Made by a program: the position numbers and the translations under genes. Shown one piece after another: positions 16,596 through 27,133 of a stretch of DNA of 64,000 nt. The notes beneath the pieces were generated by a model. The model worked only from the letters and a program-made list of their open reading frames with translations, searched no databases and was not told the origin of the DNA. Each line of letters begins with the position of its first letter. Position 1 is the first letter of the stretch. Origin of the DNA: Pyrinomonadaceae bacterium (GTDB taxonomy: Bacteria > Acidobacteriota > Blastocatellia > Pyrinomonadales > Pyrinomonadaceae); the NCBI GenBank assembly GCA_036263975.1, contig DATARW010000039.1:30669-94668 (forward strand). The letters run 5' to 3'.

Positions 16596-19082
16596 ATGAA
16601 CGAGCAAGCTTTTGCCACGCTTGAGTACGAGGGATTGCGCTCGCTCGTGCGACGCTACGCGCAGACGCCCGTGGGGGGGGCGCGCGCGGGCGAACTCGCG
16701 CCGCTCGACTCGGTGGGCGAGGTGCGTCGCGCGCTGCGCGCCGTCGCCGAGTGCGCGGAGCTGCGCGCGCGCGGGGCGCGCTGGTCGTTCAGCGAGTTGG
16801 CCGACCCCGCGGACGCGCTCGCGCGGCTCCGCGTAGAGGGCACGATCCTTGAGCCGCTGGTGCTGCTCGAACTCGCGCGTTTGTGCGAGCAGGCGGCGGA
16901 CGCGCGCGCCGCCGTTGCCGCCGAGCGCGAACTCGCGCCGGTGTTGTGGGAGTCGGTCGCGGAGTTGCCGCGCACGCTGCCCGGCCTCGCCGCGCGCGTC
17001 TTCTCGAAGATACTTCCGTCGGGCGAGCTGGACGACCGAGCCAGCCCGGAACTGGCGCGCATACGCGCCGACATCGTGCGTCTGCGCTCGACCATCACGC
17101 GCTCGCTCGAAGCCCTGATGCGCCGCTCCGAGGAGGCGATTCAGGACGAACTCGTCACTGTCAGGAATGACCGCTTCGTCATCCCCGTCCGCAACGACCA
17201 CCGCGGGCGCGTCGCCGGGGTCGCGCACGGCTTCTCGTCTTCGGGCGCGACCGTCTTCGTCGAGCCGCTGGAGACCATCGAGTCGAACAACGAGCTGCAA
17301 GCCCTACGCGAGACGGAGGAGCGCGAGGTCACGCGCATCCTCTTCACGCTCACGCAGGAGCTGCGCGCCGAGCTGCCTGCCATAGAACTCGCCTCGCGCG
17401 CCGTCGCCGAACTCGACTTCGTGGGCGCGAAGGCCGCGCTGGCCGCGCACCTCCGGTGCGTCGAGCCTCTGATTGACGAAGGGGACACGCTCGAACTCGA
17501 CGACGCCCGCCACCCTCTGCTCGAAGAGAATCTGCGCGAGCAAAGCTCGGAGGTCGTGCCGGTCTCTTTGCGACTCGACGCCGCGCACCCCGTGATGGTC
17601 ATCTCCGGCGCGAACGCGGGCGGCAAAACCGTCGTGCTCAAAACCGCGGGCCTGCTCTCGCTCATGGCTCTCTCAGGTCTGCACGTCCCGGCGCGCGGGG
17701 CGAGGGTTCCGCCCTACGCTTCGGTGCTCGCAGACATCGGCGACCGCCAGTCGCTGGCCGCCAACCTCTCGACCTTCACCTCGCACGTCGCCAACATCCG
17801 GAGCATGGTCGAGCTGTGCCGCGCGCCCGCGCTCGTCCTGCTCGACGAAGTCGGCACGGGCACAGACCCGGAAGAGGGATCGGCGCTCGGCGTCGCCGTC
17901 GTTGACCATTTCCGGCGCGCGTGCGGCGCGCACGTCATCGCGACGACTCACTACAGCGGGCTGAAGATGTACGCGGCGAACGAGGAGGGAATCCAAAACG
18001 CGAGCGTCGAGTTCGACGAGCGCACCTTGCAGCCGACCTACCGCCTGCTCGTCGGCGTCGCCGGCTCGTCCGCGGGGCTGGAGATCGCGCGCCGCTTCCG
18101 GCTCCCCGAAGAGATCATCACGTCCGCGCTCTCGCGCGTTGACGAACGCTCGCTCGCCGCCTCGGAGTACCTGCGCCGCATCCAGCGCGAGTCGGAACAG
18201 GCCGAACAACTCCGCCGCGCGCTCGAAGAGGAGCGCCGCGCCGTCGCCGACAAGTACGCCGCGCTCGACGCGGAAGCCGCGCGCCGCGAGCGCGAGCGTC
18301 AGGCGGAGTTCGCGCGCCTGCTCGAACACGCCGTCACAGATTTCGAGCGACAGGCGCGCGAACTCTACTCGAAGATCGAAGACCGCGCGCAGCGCGTGAG
18401 GGTCGAGCGCGAGGCCGAGCGCCGCGCCGCCGAACTCCGACGCGAAGCGCAGAAGGTGCGCGCCGAGACGCGCGCCGCCTCCGCGCCGCACGCTGCCCGG
18501 ACGAGCGGCGTCCGCGTCGTCCGCCCGGCGCGTGCAGACGAAGGAACGCAGGCCGCGTCGCCTTCATCAAACGCCGACGCGGCAGCGCCGCGCGAGATCG
18601 CGGTCGGAGACGAGGTGCGGCTGCCGTTGCTCGGCATGAACGGCACGGTCGAGCGCATCAACCACGGCGAGGCCGAGGTGCGCGTCAAGAATTTGCGCTT
18701 CCGCGAGAAGCTCTCGAACCTCGAACTCGTCGCCCCCGCGCCGAAACAGAAGGACGACGACGACACGCTCGCCGGTCGCCTGCGCCGCATGCAGCAGAAG
18801 GGCACGGAGGTTCGCCTGCGCTCGTCGCGCGAAGCGCCCGACGCCGAGTTGAAACTCATCGGCAAGACCACGGACGAGGCGCGCGACGAGCTTGATAAGT
18901 TTCTCGACGAAGCATACCTGCACGGCTACGCGCACGTCCGCGTCATCCACGGCCACGGCACGGGCGCGCTGCGCCGCGCGGTCGCCGCGCTGTTGCAGCA
19001 CCACCCGCACGTCGCCACGTTCGACCTCGCCCCCGAAAATCAGGGCGGCGCGGGCGCGACCGTCGTCGAGCTGAAGCAGTAA
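16596..19082 (+). CDS. mutS2: Endonuclease MutS2 (MutS domain V + C-terminal Smr)
   Basis: Walker A ISGANAGGKT, DEVGTGTDP, coiled-coil middle region, and C-terminal Smr domain (LIGKTTDEARDELDKFLDEA...VRVIHGHGTGALR). Confidence 0.95.
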   Translation: MNEQAFATLEYEGLRSLVRRYAQTPVGGARAGELAPLDSVGEVRRALRAVAECAELRARGARWSFSELADPADALARLRVEGTILEPLVLLELARLCEQAADARAAVAAERELAPVLWESVAELPRTLPGLAARVFSKILPSGELDDRASPELARIRADIVRLRSTITRSLEALMRRSEEAIQDELVTVRNDRFVIPVRNDHRGRVAGVAHGFSSSGATVFVEPLETIESNNELQALRETEEREVTRILFTLTQELRAELPAIELASRAVAELDFVGAKAALAAHLRCVEPLIDEGDTLELDDARHPLLEENLREQSSEVVPVSLRLDAAHPVMVISGANAGGKTVVLKTAGLLSLMALSGLHVPARGARVPPYASVLADIGDRQSLAANLSTFTSHVANIRSMVELCRAPALVLLDEVGTGTDPEEGSALGVAVVDHFRRACGAHVIATTHYSGLKMYAANEEGIQNASVEFDERTLQPTYRLLVGVAGSSAGLEIARRFRLPEEIITSALSRVDERSLAASEYLRRIQRESEQAEQLRRALEEERRAVADKYAALDAEAARRERERQAEFARLLEHAVTDFERQARELYSKIEDRAQRVRVEREAERRAAELRREAQKVRAETRAASAPHAARTSGVRVVRPARADEGTQAASPSSNADAAAPREIAVGDEVRLPLLGMNGTVERINHGEAEVRVKNLRFREKLSNLELVAPAPKQKDDDDTLAGRLRRMQQKGTEVRLRSSREAPDAELKLIGKTTDEARDELDKFLDEAYLHGYAHVRVIHGHGTGALRRAVAALLQHHPHVATFDLAPENQGGAGATVVELKQ

Positions 19083-19235
19083 GCAGACCCTTCGGCCCCG
19101 ACGTGTGCAACGGCGCTCGAACCGGCGGGCGGCTCGGTGCGAAGAAATTAAAACGCTTCTTCGCGCATATCGTTTAGAGGCGTGCCGCGCCATTCTTCCG
19201 ACGAAGTGACAGGTTGAGATTGAAGTTAGAGGGCG

Positions 19236-21098
19236 ATGCGTTACCCGCAAGTATTCATTGACGACCTCCGGCGACAGGCGGACATCGTCCGCGTCGTGTC
19301 GGACTACGTCAGCCTGAAGAAGAAGGGCGCGAACTGGATGGCGTGCTGCCCTTTCCACCAGGAGAAGACGCCTTCGTTTTCGGTGAACCCGTCGAAGGAC
19401 ATCTTCTACTGCTTCGGGTGCGGCAAGGGCGGGTCGGTCTTCAACTTCGTGATGGAGATGGAGCGCGTGTCGTTCCCCGAAGCCGTGCGGGTCGTGGCGG
19501 AGAAGGCGGGCGTGCCCCTGCCCGCTCTGGTCGAGGATAAGCGGTTCGAGGCGCGGCGCAAGGAATCGGACGAGGTCATCCAGCTCAACGCGTGGGCGCT
19601 CGAATTCTGGGAGCAGCACCTCGCCGAAGAGAACTCGGAAGCGCGCGCGGCGCGCGACTACGTCGAGGGGCGAGGGATTACGGACGAGACGCGGCGCGTC
19701 TTTCGCCTGGGCTACGCGCCGAACAGTTGGGACGCGCTGGGGCCGTATCTCAAGAGCCGAGGGGCAACCATCGGGCAGATAGAACGAAGCGGCCTCGTCG
19801 TGAAGAAGGAGGCGGGCGGCTACTACGACCGCTTCCGCGGGCGCTTGATCTTCCCCGTCTTGGACGCGCAAGGAAGGCCCGTGGCTTTCGGCGCGCGGGC
19901 GATGCGCGCCGGAGACGAGCCGAAGTATCTGAACTCGCCGGAGACGGCTGCCTACACGAAGGGCCGCCACCTGTTCGGCCTCGGCGTCTCGCGCGAAGAG
20001 ATAAGAAGGAAGAAGTTCGTGATCCTCGTCGAAGGTTATCTGGACTTAATCATCCCTTTTCAGTTTGGGGTGCGTAACGTCGTCGCGAGTTTGGGGACGG
20101 CGCTGACGCAGGAGCAGGCGCGACTCCTGGGCAGGTTTGCGCGCAAAGTGGTCGTCAATTATGATGGTGACCGCGCCGGAATCAACGCGGCGAAACGCGC
20201 CATAGAGGTTCTCCTGCCCGAAGATTTTGAAGTCAAAGTTTTGGTCTTGCCCGATGGCTCAGACCCCGACGAGTTCGTGCGTGCGCGCGGCGTCGAGGAG
20301 TACAACGAAAGACGCGGGCGGGCCGTCCCGCACATGCAGTTCGTGTCGGAGCAGGCCGCGAGCGGGCGCAACCTTCGCAACCCCGCGCAGAAGGCCGAGG
20401 CGGTCGAGGAGGTCTTGCCCTTCGTCCGCGCGGTGCGTAACTCCGTTCAGCGGCGCGAGTATTTCGACATGGCGATGGATGCGCTGCGCGTCGAAGAGAC
20501 GGGACTCAGGCAGGAACTCTGGAAGACCGTGAGCGCACGCGCGAACGCTTCGGCGGCGAACGCCGACGACGTGAGGAAAAGGGTCGTGCGCGCCGAGACG
20601 GAAGCGCCGACCGTCGCCGAGCGCAGGCTTCTGGAACTGCTCGTGCACGACGCGGAGTTGCGCGAGGCGATGCTCCCGCACGTGGAAGAGGGCGACTACG
20701 AAGAGCTGCCGAGCGCCGCCGTCTTCCGCGCCTTGAAAGAGCTGCACGCGCGCGGGTCGTCCGTTGATTTTTCGACGCTCGGCGAGATGACCGCCGCCGA
20801 CGCGGTGGCCGCCGACCTCGTGCCCCTCGTCCTGATGCACGAGCAGGAGCGCGCCGAGGGCGAGGCGACCGATCAATTCCTGGCCGAGGCCGAGAGCTGC
20901 CTGTTGACCCTGCGCGTGATGCAGCTCGACAGGCGCATCAAGGAACTCGCCGCCGAGATCGCGGAGGCCGACCGCGCCGGCGACGAGGCCCGCCGCGACC
21001 GGCTCGTCATGGAAGACTTCGACCTGAAACGCCGCCGCACGGCGCTGCTGCCACGCACGGGCGGCGTGACCGCGGGCGGCCAGTCCTCATTCTCCTGA
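19236..21098 (+). CDS. dnaG: DNA primase
   Basis: Zinc finger CCPFHQEKTPSFSVNP..FYCFGCGKGG and TOPRIM region (ILVEGYLD..., NYDGDRAG). Confidence 0.95.
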   Translation: MRYPQVFIDDLRRQADIVRVVSDYVSLKKKGANWMACCPFHQEKTPSFSVNPSKDIFYCFGCGKGGSVFNFVMEMERVSFPEAVRVVAEKAGVPLPALVEDKRFEARRKESDEVIQLNAWALEFWEQHLAEENSEARAARDYVEGRGITDETRRVFRLGYAPNSWDALGPYLKSRGATIGQIERSGLVVKKEAGGYYDRFRGRLIFPVLDAQGRPVAFGARAMRAGDEPKYLNSPETAAYTKGRHLFGLGVSREEIRRKKFVILVEGYLDLIIPFQFGVRNVVASLGTALTQEQARLLGRFARKVVVNYDGDRAGINAAKRAIEVLLPEDFEVKVLVLPDGSDPDEFVRARGVEEYNERRGRAVPHMQFVSEQAASGRNLRNPAQKAEAVEEVLPFVRAVRNSVQRREYFDMAMDALRVEETGLRQELWKTVSARANASAANADDVRKRVVRAETEAPTVAERRLLELLVHDAELREAMLPHVEEGDYEELPSAAVFRALKELHARGSSVDFSTLGEMTAADAVAADLVPLVLMHEQERAEGEATDQFLAEAESCLLTLRVMQLDRRIKELAAEIAEADRAGDEARRDRLVMEDFDLKRRRTALLPRTGGVTAGGQSSFS

Positions 21099-21164
21099 AG
21101 CGCCGAACGGCAGGACTCAAACGCGCGGCGCATTCTCCTTAACGTTCCGAGGTAGAATTAAGAG

Positions 21165-22898
<1,734 letters not shown>

Positions 22899-22928
22899 CT
22901 CAGACCGCTGTAACTGCGGTACACTGTT

Positions 22929-22976
22929 GGCAAGTCTGAATCATCAAATTCACGACTTGCCGATGAGTTTTTTTGC
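22929..22976 (+). terminator. Intrinsic terminator after rpoD
   Basis: GGCAAGTC-(17 nt)-GACTTGCC followed by GATGAG and a T-run. Confidence 0.65.
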
Positions 22977-22982
22977 TGAGGT

Positions 22983-24872
22983 ATGTCTAAAAAAGTCGTA
23001 GAAAGTTACCGGCGCAGGCTGGCGTCTGAAGAGGGTTGGATATGGAAGCGCGGCGCGCGTCTGCGCGTGGCTTTGTGCTACCCGAACGTGTACGGCGTCG
23101 GGATGGCGAACCTCGGCTTCCAGTCGGTCTACGAGCTTTTCAACCGCATCCCCGACGTGTCGTGCGAGCGCGTCTTTCTGCCGGACGAGACGGAGATGCG
23201 CGAGTACGAGCGCACGAATACTCCGCTCCTCTCGCTTGAGTCGCAGACGCCCGTCGGCGACTTCGACCTCGTCGCCTTCTCCATCTCGTTCGAGACGGAC
23301 TTTCTCAACATGGCGCGCATGCTACGCCTCGCGCGCGTGCCCGTGTGGGCAGGTGACAGGACGCACCACGACCCGCTCGTCCTGATGGGCGGCGCGGCTT
23401 CGTTCCTCAACCCCGAACCCATCGCGGAGTTCACGGACGTGATCGCCGTCGGCGAGGGCGAGATTCTCGTCCCACGCCTCGTTGACCTCCTCTTTGAGAA
23501 CGCCGACGAAGGCGGGACGAAGGAAGACCTGCTTTTGAAGCTGGCGCTGACGGGGCGAGGCTTCTACGTGCCCTCGCTCTACGAAGTAACTTACCATCCG
23601 GACGGCACCATCGAGGCTTACACGCCGAAGGCCGAGGGCGTGCCCGCGAGCGTCGGGAGAATCGTCGCGGCGGAGAACCCGAAGGAAGGTTCTCTCAGGC
23701 GCGCGATGCGTCGTGGCGACCTGGACATCGTGGAGAAGTTGAAGGAGCCTGAAGTCTTCGCGCCGTCGTCAATCATCTGGGCACCCGAAGCCGAGATGGG
23801 CGAGCGATTCCTCGTGGAGATTTCGCGCGGGTGCTCGCAAGGGTGTCGCTTCTGCTGGGCGGGCTTCAACTACTGGCCGCCGCGCGTCGTGCCGGCGCGC
23901 GACATACTCGCCAAAGCAGCCGAGTGGCGCGCGCGCACAGACAAGATCGGACTCGTCTCCACAGCCGTCTGCGACCACCCGGAGATCAGTGAAATCCTCA
24001 CGGGCCTGCGCGAGATGGGCTATCGTATCTCCGTCTCTTCGCTCAGGCTCGATCAGATAGAAGACGAGCTTTTGGACGCGCTCGTCGAGTCGGGCGACCA
24101 GCAGATCGCGGTCGCGCCGGAGACCGGAAGCGACCGGCTGCGCCGCGTCATCAACAAGAACCTGACGAACGACGAGATAGTTGACATCTGCGGCGCGGTC
24201 TTCGACCGCGGCATGCTGACCGTCAAGCTCTACATGATGACGGGCCTGCCGACCGAAACCGACGAAGACCTTGAAGCGATGGTCGAGTTGGTCACGCACA
24301 TCAAAGACCGCATGCTCGAAGCGGGGCGCAGGTTCGGGCGCGCGGGGAAGATCATCCCGGCCTTGAACGGCTTCGTGCCCAAGCCGAACACGCCGTTTCA
24401 GTGGGAACCGATCTGCGAAGAGAGGGAACTCAAGCGACGCCTGAAGTGGCTCTCGAAGAATCTCGCGCGCATCCCGAACGTCGAGGTTCGCGTGATGTCG
24501 GCGCGTGTGGCGCACGAGCAGGCGCTCTTCTCTTCGGGCGACCGCAGCGTCGCGCGCGTCATCGAGTCAATGACGCGCCACCGCGGCGACCTGCACGCGG
24601 CGCTGCGCGAGACGGGAGTTGACACAGGCTTTCACACGAGCCGCGCCCGTTCATACGAAGAGGTTCTGCCGTGGGAGATCGTTGACTCAGGCATGGGCCG
24701 CCCCTTCCTCGAAAAAGAGCACCGGCGCTCGCACGCCGCGCGCTCGACCGCGCCCTGCCCGTCCGTTGACACCTGCACGCGCTGCGGCGTCTGCCCGACG
24801 ACGTGGCTCGCCGCCGCGCCCGCGGGGCTGGTGCAGTTGCAGAGTAAAAAAGTTGCCGCGGCAGCCGCGTGA
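22983..24872 (+). CDS. Radical SAM protein with an N-terminal B12-binding-like domain
   Basis: CSQGCRFCWAG (CxxxCxxC cluster motif) after a Rossmann-like N-terminal domain. C-terminal Cys-rich tail (CPSVDTCTRCGVCP). Confidence 0.85.
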   Translation: MSKKVVESYRRRLASEEGWIWKRGARLRVALCYPNVYGVGMANLGFQSVYELFNRIPDVSCERVFLPDETEMREYERTNTPLLSLESQTPVGDFDLVAFSISFETDFLNMARMLRLARVPVWAGDRTHHDPLVLMGGAASFLNPEPIAEFTDVIAVGEGEILVPRLVDLLFENADEGGTKEDLLLKLALTGRGFYVPSLYEVTYHPDGTIEAYTPKAEGVPASVGRIVAAENPKEGSLRRAMRRGDLDIVEKLKEPEVFAPSSIIWAPEAEMGERFLVEISRGCSQGCRFCWAGFNYWPPRVVPARDILAKAAEWRARTDKIGLVSTAVCDHPEISEILTGLREMGYRISVSSLRLDQIEDELLDALVESGDQQIAVAPETGSDRLRRVINKNLTNDEIVDICGAVFDRGMLTVKLYMMTGLPTETDEDLEAMVELVTHIKDRMLEAGRRFGRAGKIIPALNGFVPKPNTPFQWEPICEERELKRRLKWLSKNLARIPNVEVRVMSARVAHEQALFSSGDRSVARVIESMTRHRGDLHAALRETGVDTGFHTSRARSYEEVLPWEIVDSGMGRPFLEKEHRRSHAARSTAPCPSVDTCTRCGVCPTTWLAAAPAGLVQLQSKKVAAAAA

Positions 24873-24876
24873 AGCT

Positions 24877-24964
24877 AAAGTCAGAAGTCCGCAACGCTGA
24901 AACGCTGAACTGAAGGATGACTGTCTTTCAGTTCAGCGTTTCAGCGTTGCGGACTTCTGACTTT
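24877..24964. repeat. Perfect palindrome with 38-bp arms and a 12-nt loop; probable bidirectional terminator between convergent genes
   Basis: AAAGTCAGAAGTCCGCAACGCTGAAACGCTGAACTGAA (24877-24914) is the exact reverse complement of 24927-24964. The internal 8-nt word AACGCTGA is repeated. Confidence 0.9.
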
Positions 24965-24965
24965 C

Positions 24966-25373
24966 TTATTTCGGGTTGATGAAGCCGCTGCTGCGGGCCG
25001 TGTTGTCGAACTTGTATTCGTAGGCGAAGCCGGGCAGTTGGATTTCCTGCGCCCACTGGACGTGTGCGGCGATGTGACCGTCCTCGTTCTGCACGTTGAC
25101 CTGCATGTTCTTCGGCATGTGGTATTCGTCCGCGGCGGAGCGCAACTGCGACGCAACCCAATCGTTAGTCTGCCCCGGCGGGTAGGCGGCCTTGTTCACC
25201 ATCTCCTGCATGTAGTCTTTAAAGAGGTACGCGTTATAGGCGACGGGCACATATTGGTATGCGGAGTAGCCGCCGAGCGCGATGATGAGGATGATGAGGA
25301 TGAAATTAAAGCGCGAGCCGCCCCACTCGCCGCGCGCTGTGCGCCCGCGCCGTCCCCGCTGTTCGACAGTCAT
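24966..25373 (-). CDS. Hypothetical single-pass membrane protein
   Basis: MTVEQRGRRGR.. followed by the TM helix FNFILIILIIALGGYSAY. ATG 25373 has a GAAGGGAAG upstream. I recognise no family. Confidence 0.6.
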   Translation of the reverse strand: MTVEQRGRRGRTARGEWGGSRFNFILIILIIALGGYSAYQYVPVAYNAYLFKDYMQEMVNKAAYPPGQTNDWVASQLRSAADEYHMPKNMQVNVQNEDGHIAAHVQWAQEIQLPGFAYEYKFDNTARSSGFINPK

Positions 25374-25407
25374 GTCGGGCTTCCCTTCGACCGTAAAAGA
25401 ATGGGCT

Positions 25408-26649
25408 TCAACGAGTGCCGAGCGCCGCGCGGATTGACTCGCCGATGACGCGCGGCGAGACTTCCCTCCCATCCACGATGCGCGCCAGACCGATTCGCTC
25501 CAGGAGCACCCAGCGGACGCTTCCGCCGACCGCCTTCTTGTCCGCGCGGAGCGCGCGGGCGATTGCGCCGGCGTCGAGGTCGGAGGCCGCGGGCAATTGA
25601 CCCGCAGCCCGGACGGCCCCGCGCAGAGATTCTAGCTCTGAATCGTCCAGCAGTCCTAATCTTTTTGAAATCTCGGCGGCGGCAATCATCCCGTGGCCGA
25701 CCGCCTCGCCGTGGCGGAAGCGCCTGTAATTCGTCAGCGTTTCGAGCGCGTGCCCGACCGTGTGGCCGAAGTTCAGCACGCGGCGCGAGCGCGCGTCCGC
25801 GCGTGAAATGTCCTCGCGCTCGTCGCCCGCGACGATCTTCGCCTTGAACGCGCACTGCGCGGCGATGAGTTCCGCAAGCTCTTCGTCGCGGCCTTCGTCA
25901 ACGACTCCACCCCGGCCTTCGCCGCGCGCCTCGCCTTGAGCCTCGACGCGGCTTGCGTTACGCCCCGCGCCGCAGCGGCCCGCGACCGTCCGTCGCAACT
26001 CGCCTTCGAGAAACTTCAGCGTGCGCTCGAACAGCGTGCGGTCGCCGACCGCGCCCTGCTTGATCGCCTCGCACCAGCCGGCGGTCAGCTCACGCGCGGG
26101 CAGAGTCCGAAGTGTCTTCGTGTCAACGACGACGGCGCGCGGCTGGTGGAACGCGCCGAAGAGGTTCTTGCCCGCGCGCGTGTTGACGCCGGTCTTGCCG
26201 CCGACCGACGAATCAATCTGCGCGAGCAGCGTCGTCGGCACCTGCATGAACGCGACGCCGCGCAGGTACAGTGCAGCCGCGAACCCCGCGAGGTCACCCA
26301 CGACCCCGCCGCCGAGCGCCGCAACGGCGTCTGTCCGCTCAAGTCCCGATTCCGACAGGAAGCGCAGACAACGCTCCGCCGTCCGCAAATTCTTGAAGCG
26401 CTCGCCGTCGCCCATCAGCCACCGCGAGACTTTGAAGCCCGCGCCGCGCAGAGAGGCGACGGCGCGCGCGCCGTAGAGGTCGAACACGCACGGGTTCGAG
26501 ACGAGCGCCACGCGGCGCGCTTCCGCAGCGAGTTGCAGGCGCGCGACCGCACCGAGACTCGAAAGCGTGCCTGGCCCGACATCAATCGGGTAGCCCCCGC
26601 CACCTTTGAGACACACGCGAACGCGCCGCACTTGTCCGCCAAACGCCAT
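25408..26649 (-). CDS. aroB: 3-dehydroquinate synthase with a ~30-aa low-complexity insertion
   Basis: GGGVVGDLAGFAAALYLRGVAFMQVPTTLLAQIDSSVGGKTGVN, NFGHTVGHALE and HGEAVGHGM. ATG 26649 with a GAGGA RBS; the track start 26661 is TTG. Confidence 0.9.
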   Translation of the reverse strand: MAFGGQVRRVRVCLKGGGGYPIDVGPGTLSSLGAVARLQLAAEARRVALVSNPCVFDLYGARAVASLRGAGFKVSRWLMGDGERFKNLRTAERCLRFLSESGLERTDAVAALGGGVVGDLAGFAAALYLRGVAFMQVPTTLLAQIDSSVGGKTGVNTRAGKNLFGAFHQPRAVVVDTKTLRTLPARELTAGWCEAIKQGAVGDRTLFERTLKFLEGELRRTVAGRCGAGRNASRVEAQGEARGEGRGGVVDEGRDEELAELIAAQCAFKAKIVAGDEREDISRADARSRRVLNFGHTVGHALETLTNYRRFRHGEAVGHGMIAAAEISKRLGLLDDSELESLRGAVRAAGQLPAASDLDAGAIARALRADKKAVGGSVRWVLLERIGLARIVDGREVSPRVIGESIRAALGTR

Positions 26650-26846
26650 TGCCGTCCTCAAACGCCGCCGTCAATACTTCGAGCCTGCGGCCTTCGGGAG
26701 ATGCGCCGCCGCGCTCGCCCTTCTTCACAGGAGGGGCGCACCTCCTTCAGATACGCCTTTCGAGAAGTGCGTTAACGTCCGTTCGATTGTAGCATGCGTT
26801 GAATGTCGGTTGCGGGCGGGTCGGTGTGCTGCGCGGATTCCGTGTG

Positions 26847-26890
26847 CAAAATAGCGCGGGCGCGGCAAACTTGGGGAATGCCGCGCCCGC
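26847..26890 (-). terminator. Intrinsic terminator about 240 nt downstream of glmM
   Basis: Minus-strand GCGGGCGCGGCA-(11 nt)-UGCCGCGCCCGC followed by GCUAUUUUG. Confidence 0.6.
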
Positions 26891-26967
26891 TCTAATGTGT
26901 GGTCACTGTCCTCACCCCAGCAACCACTGAGACGGAGGATTCACCAACCGTCTCTCTTGCCCCACAC
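26847..26967 (-). ncRNA. Candidate ~120-nt small RNA (speculative)
   Basis: A TATAAA box (complement of 26968-26973) lies just upstream of GUGUGGGG. Nested stems GUGUGG/CCACAC and GAGACGG/CCGUCUC are followed by the terminator above. Confidence 0.2.
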
Positions 26968-27133
26968 TTTATATCGCAACGCATGTGCCATTCGAGCACA
27001 AACAAAACGACATTGAAAAGCCGCGCCTTTGCAGGATTTTTCGCGGGCCGGCTGAAAGGGCCGCGAGTAAAATACGGGGTGAGGTGTAAGTCTTACATTC
27101 GCCGCCGCGTAAAATTTTCTCGACTCTCACACC

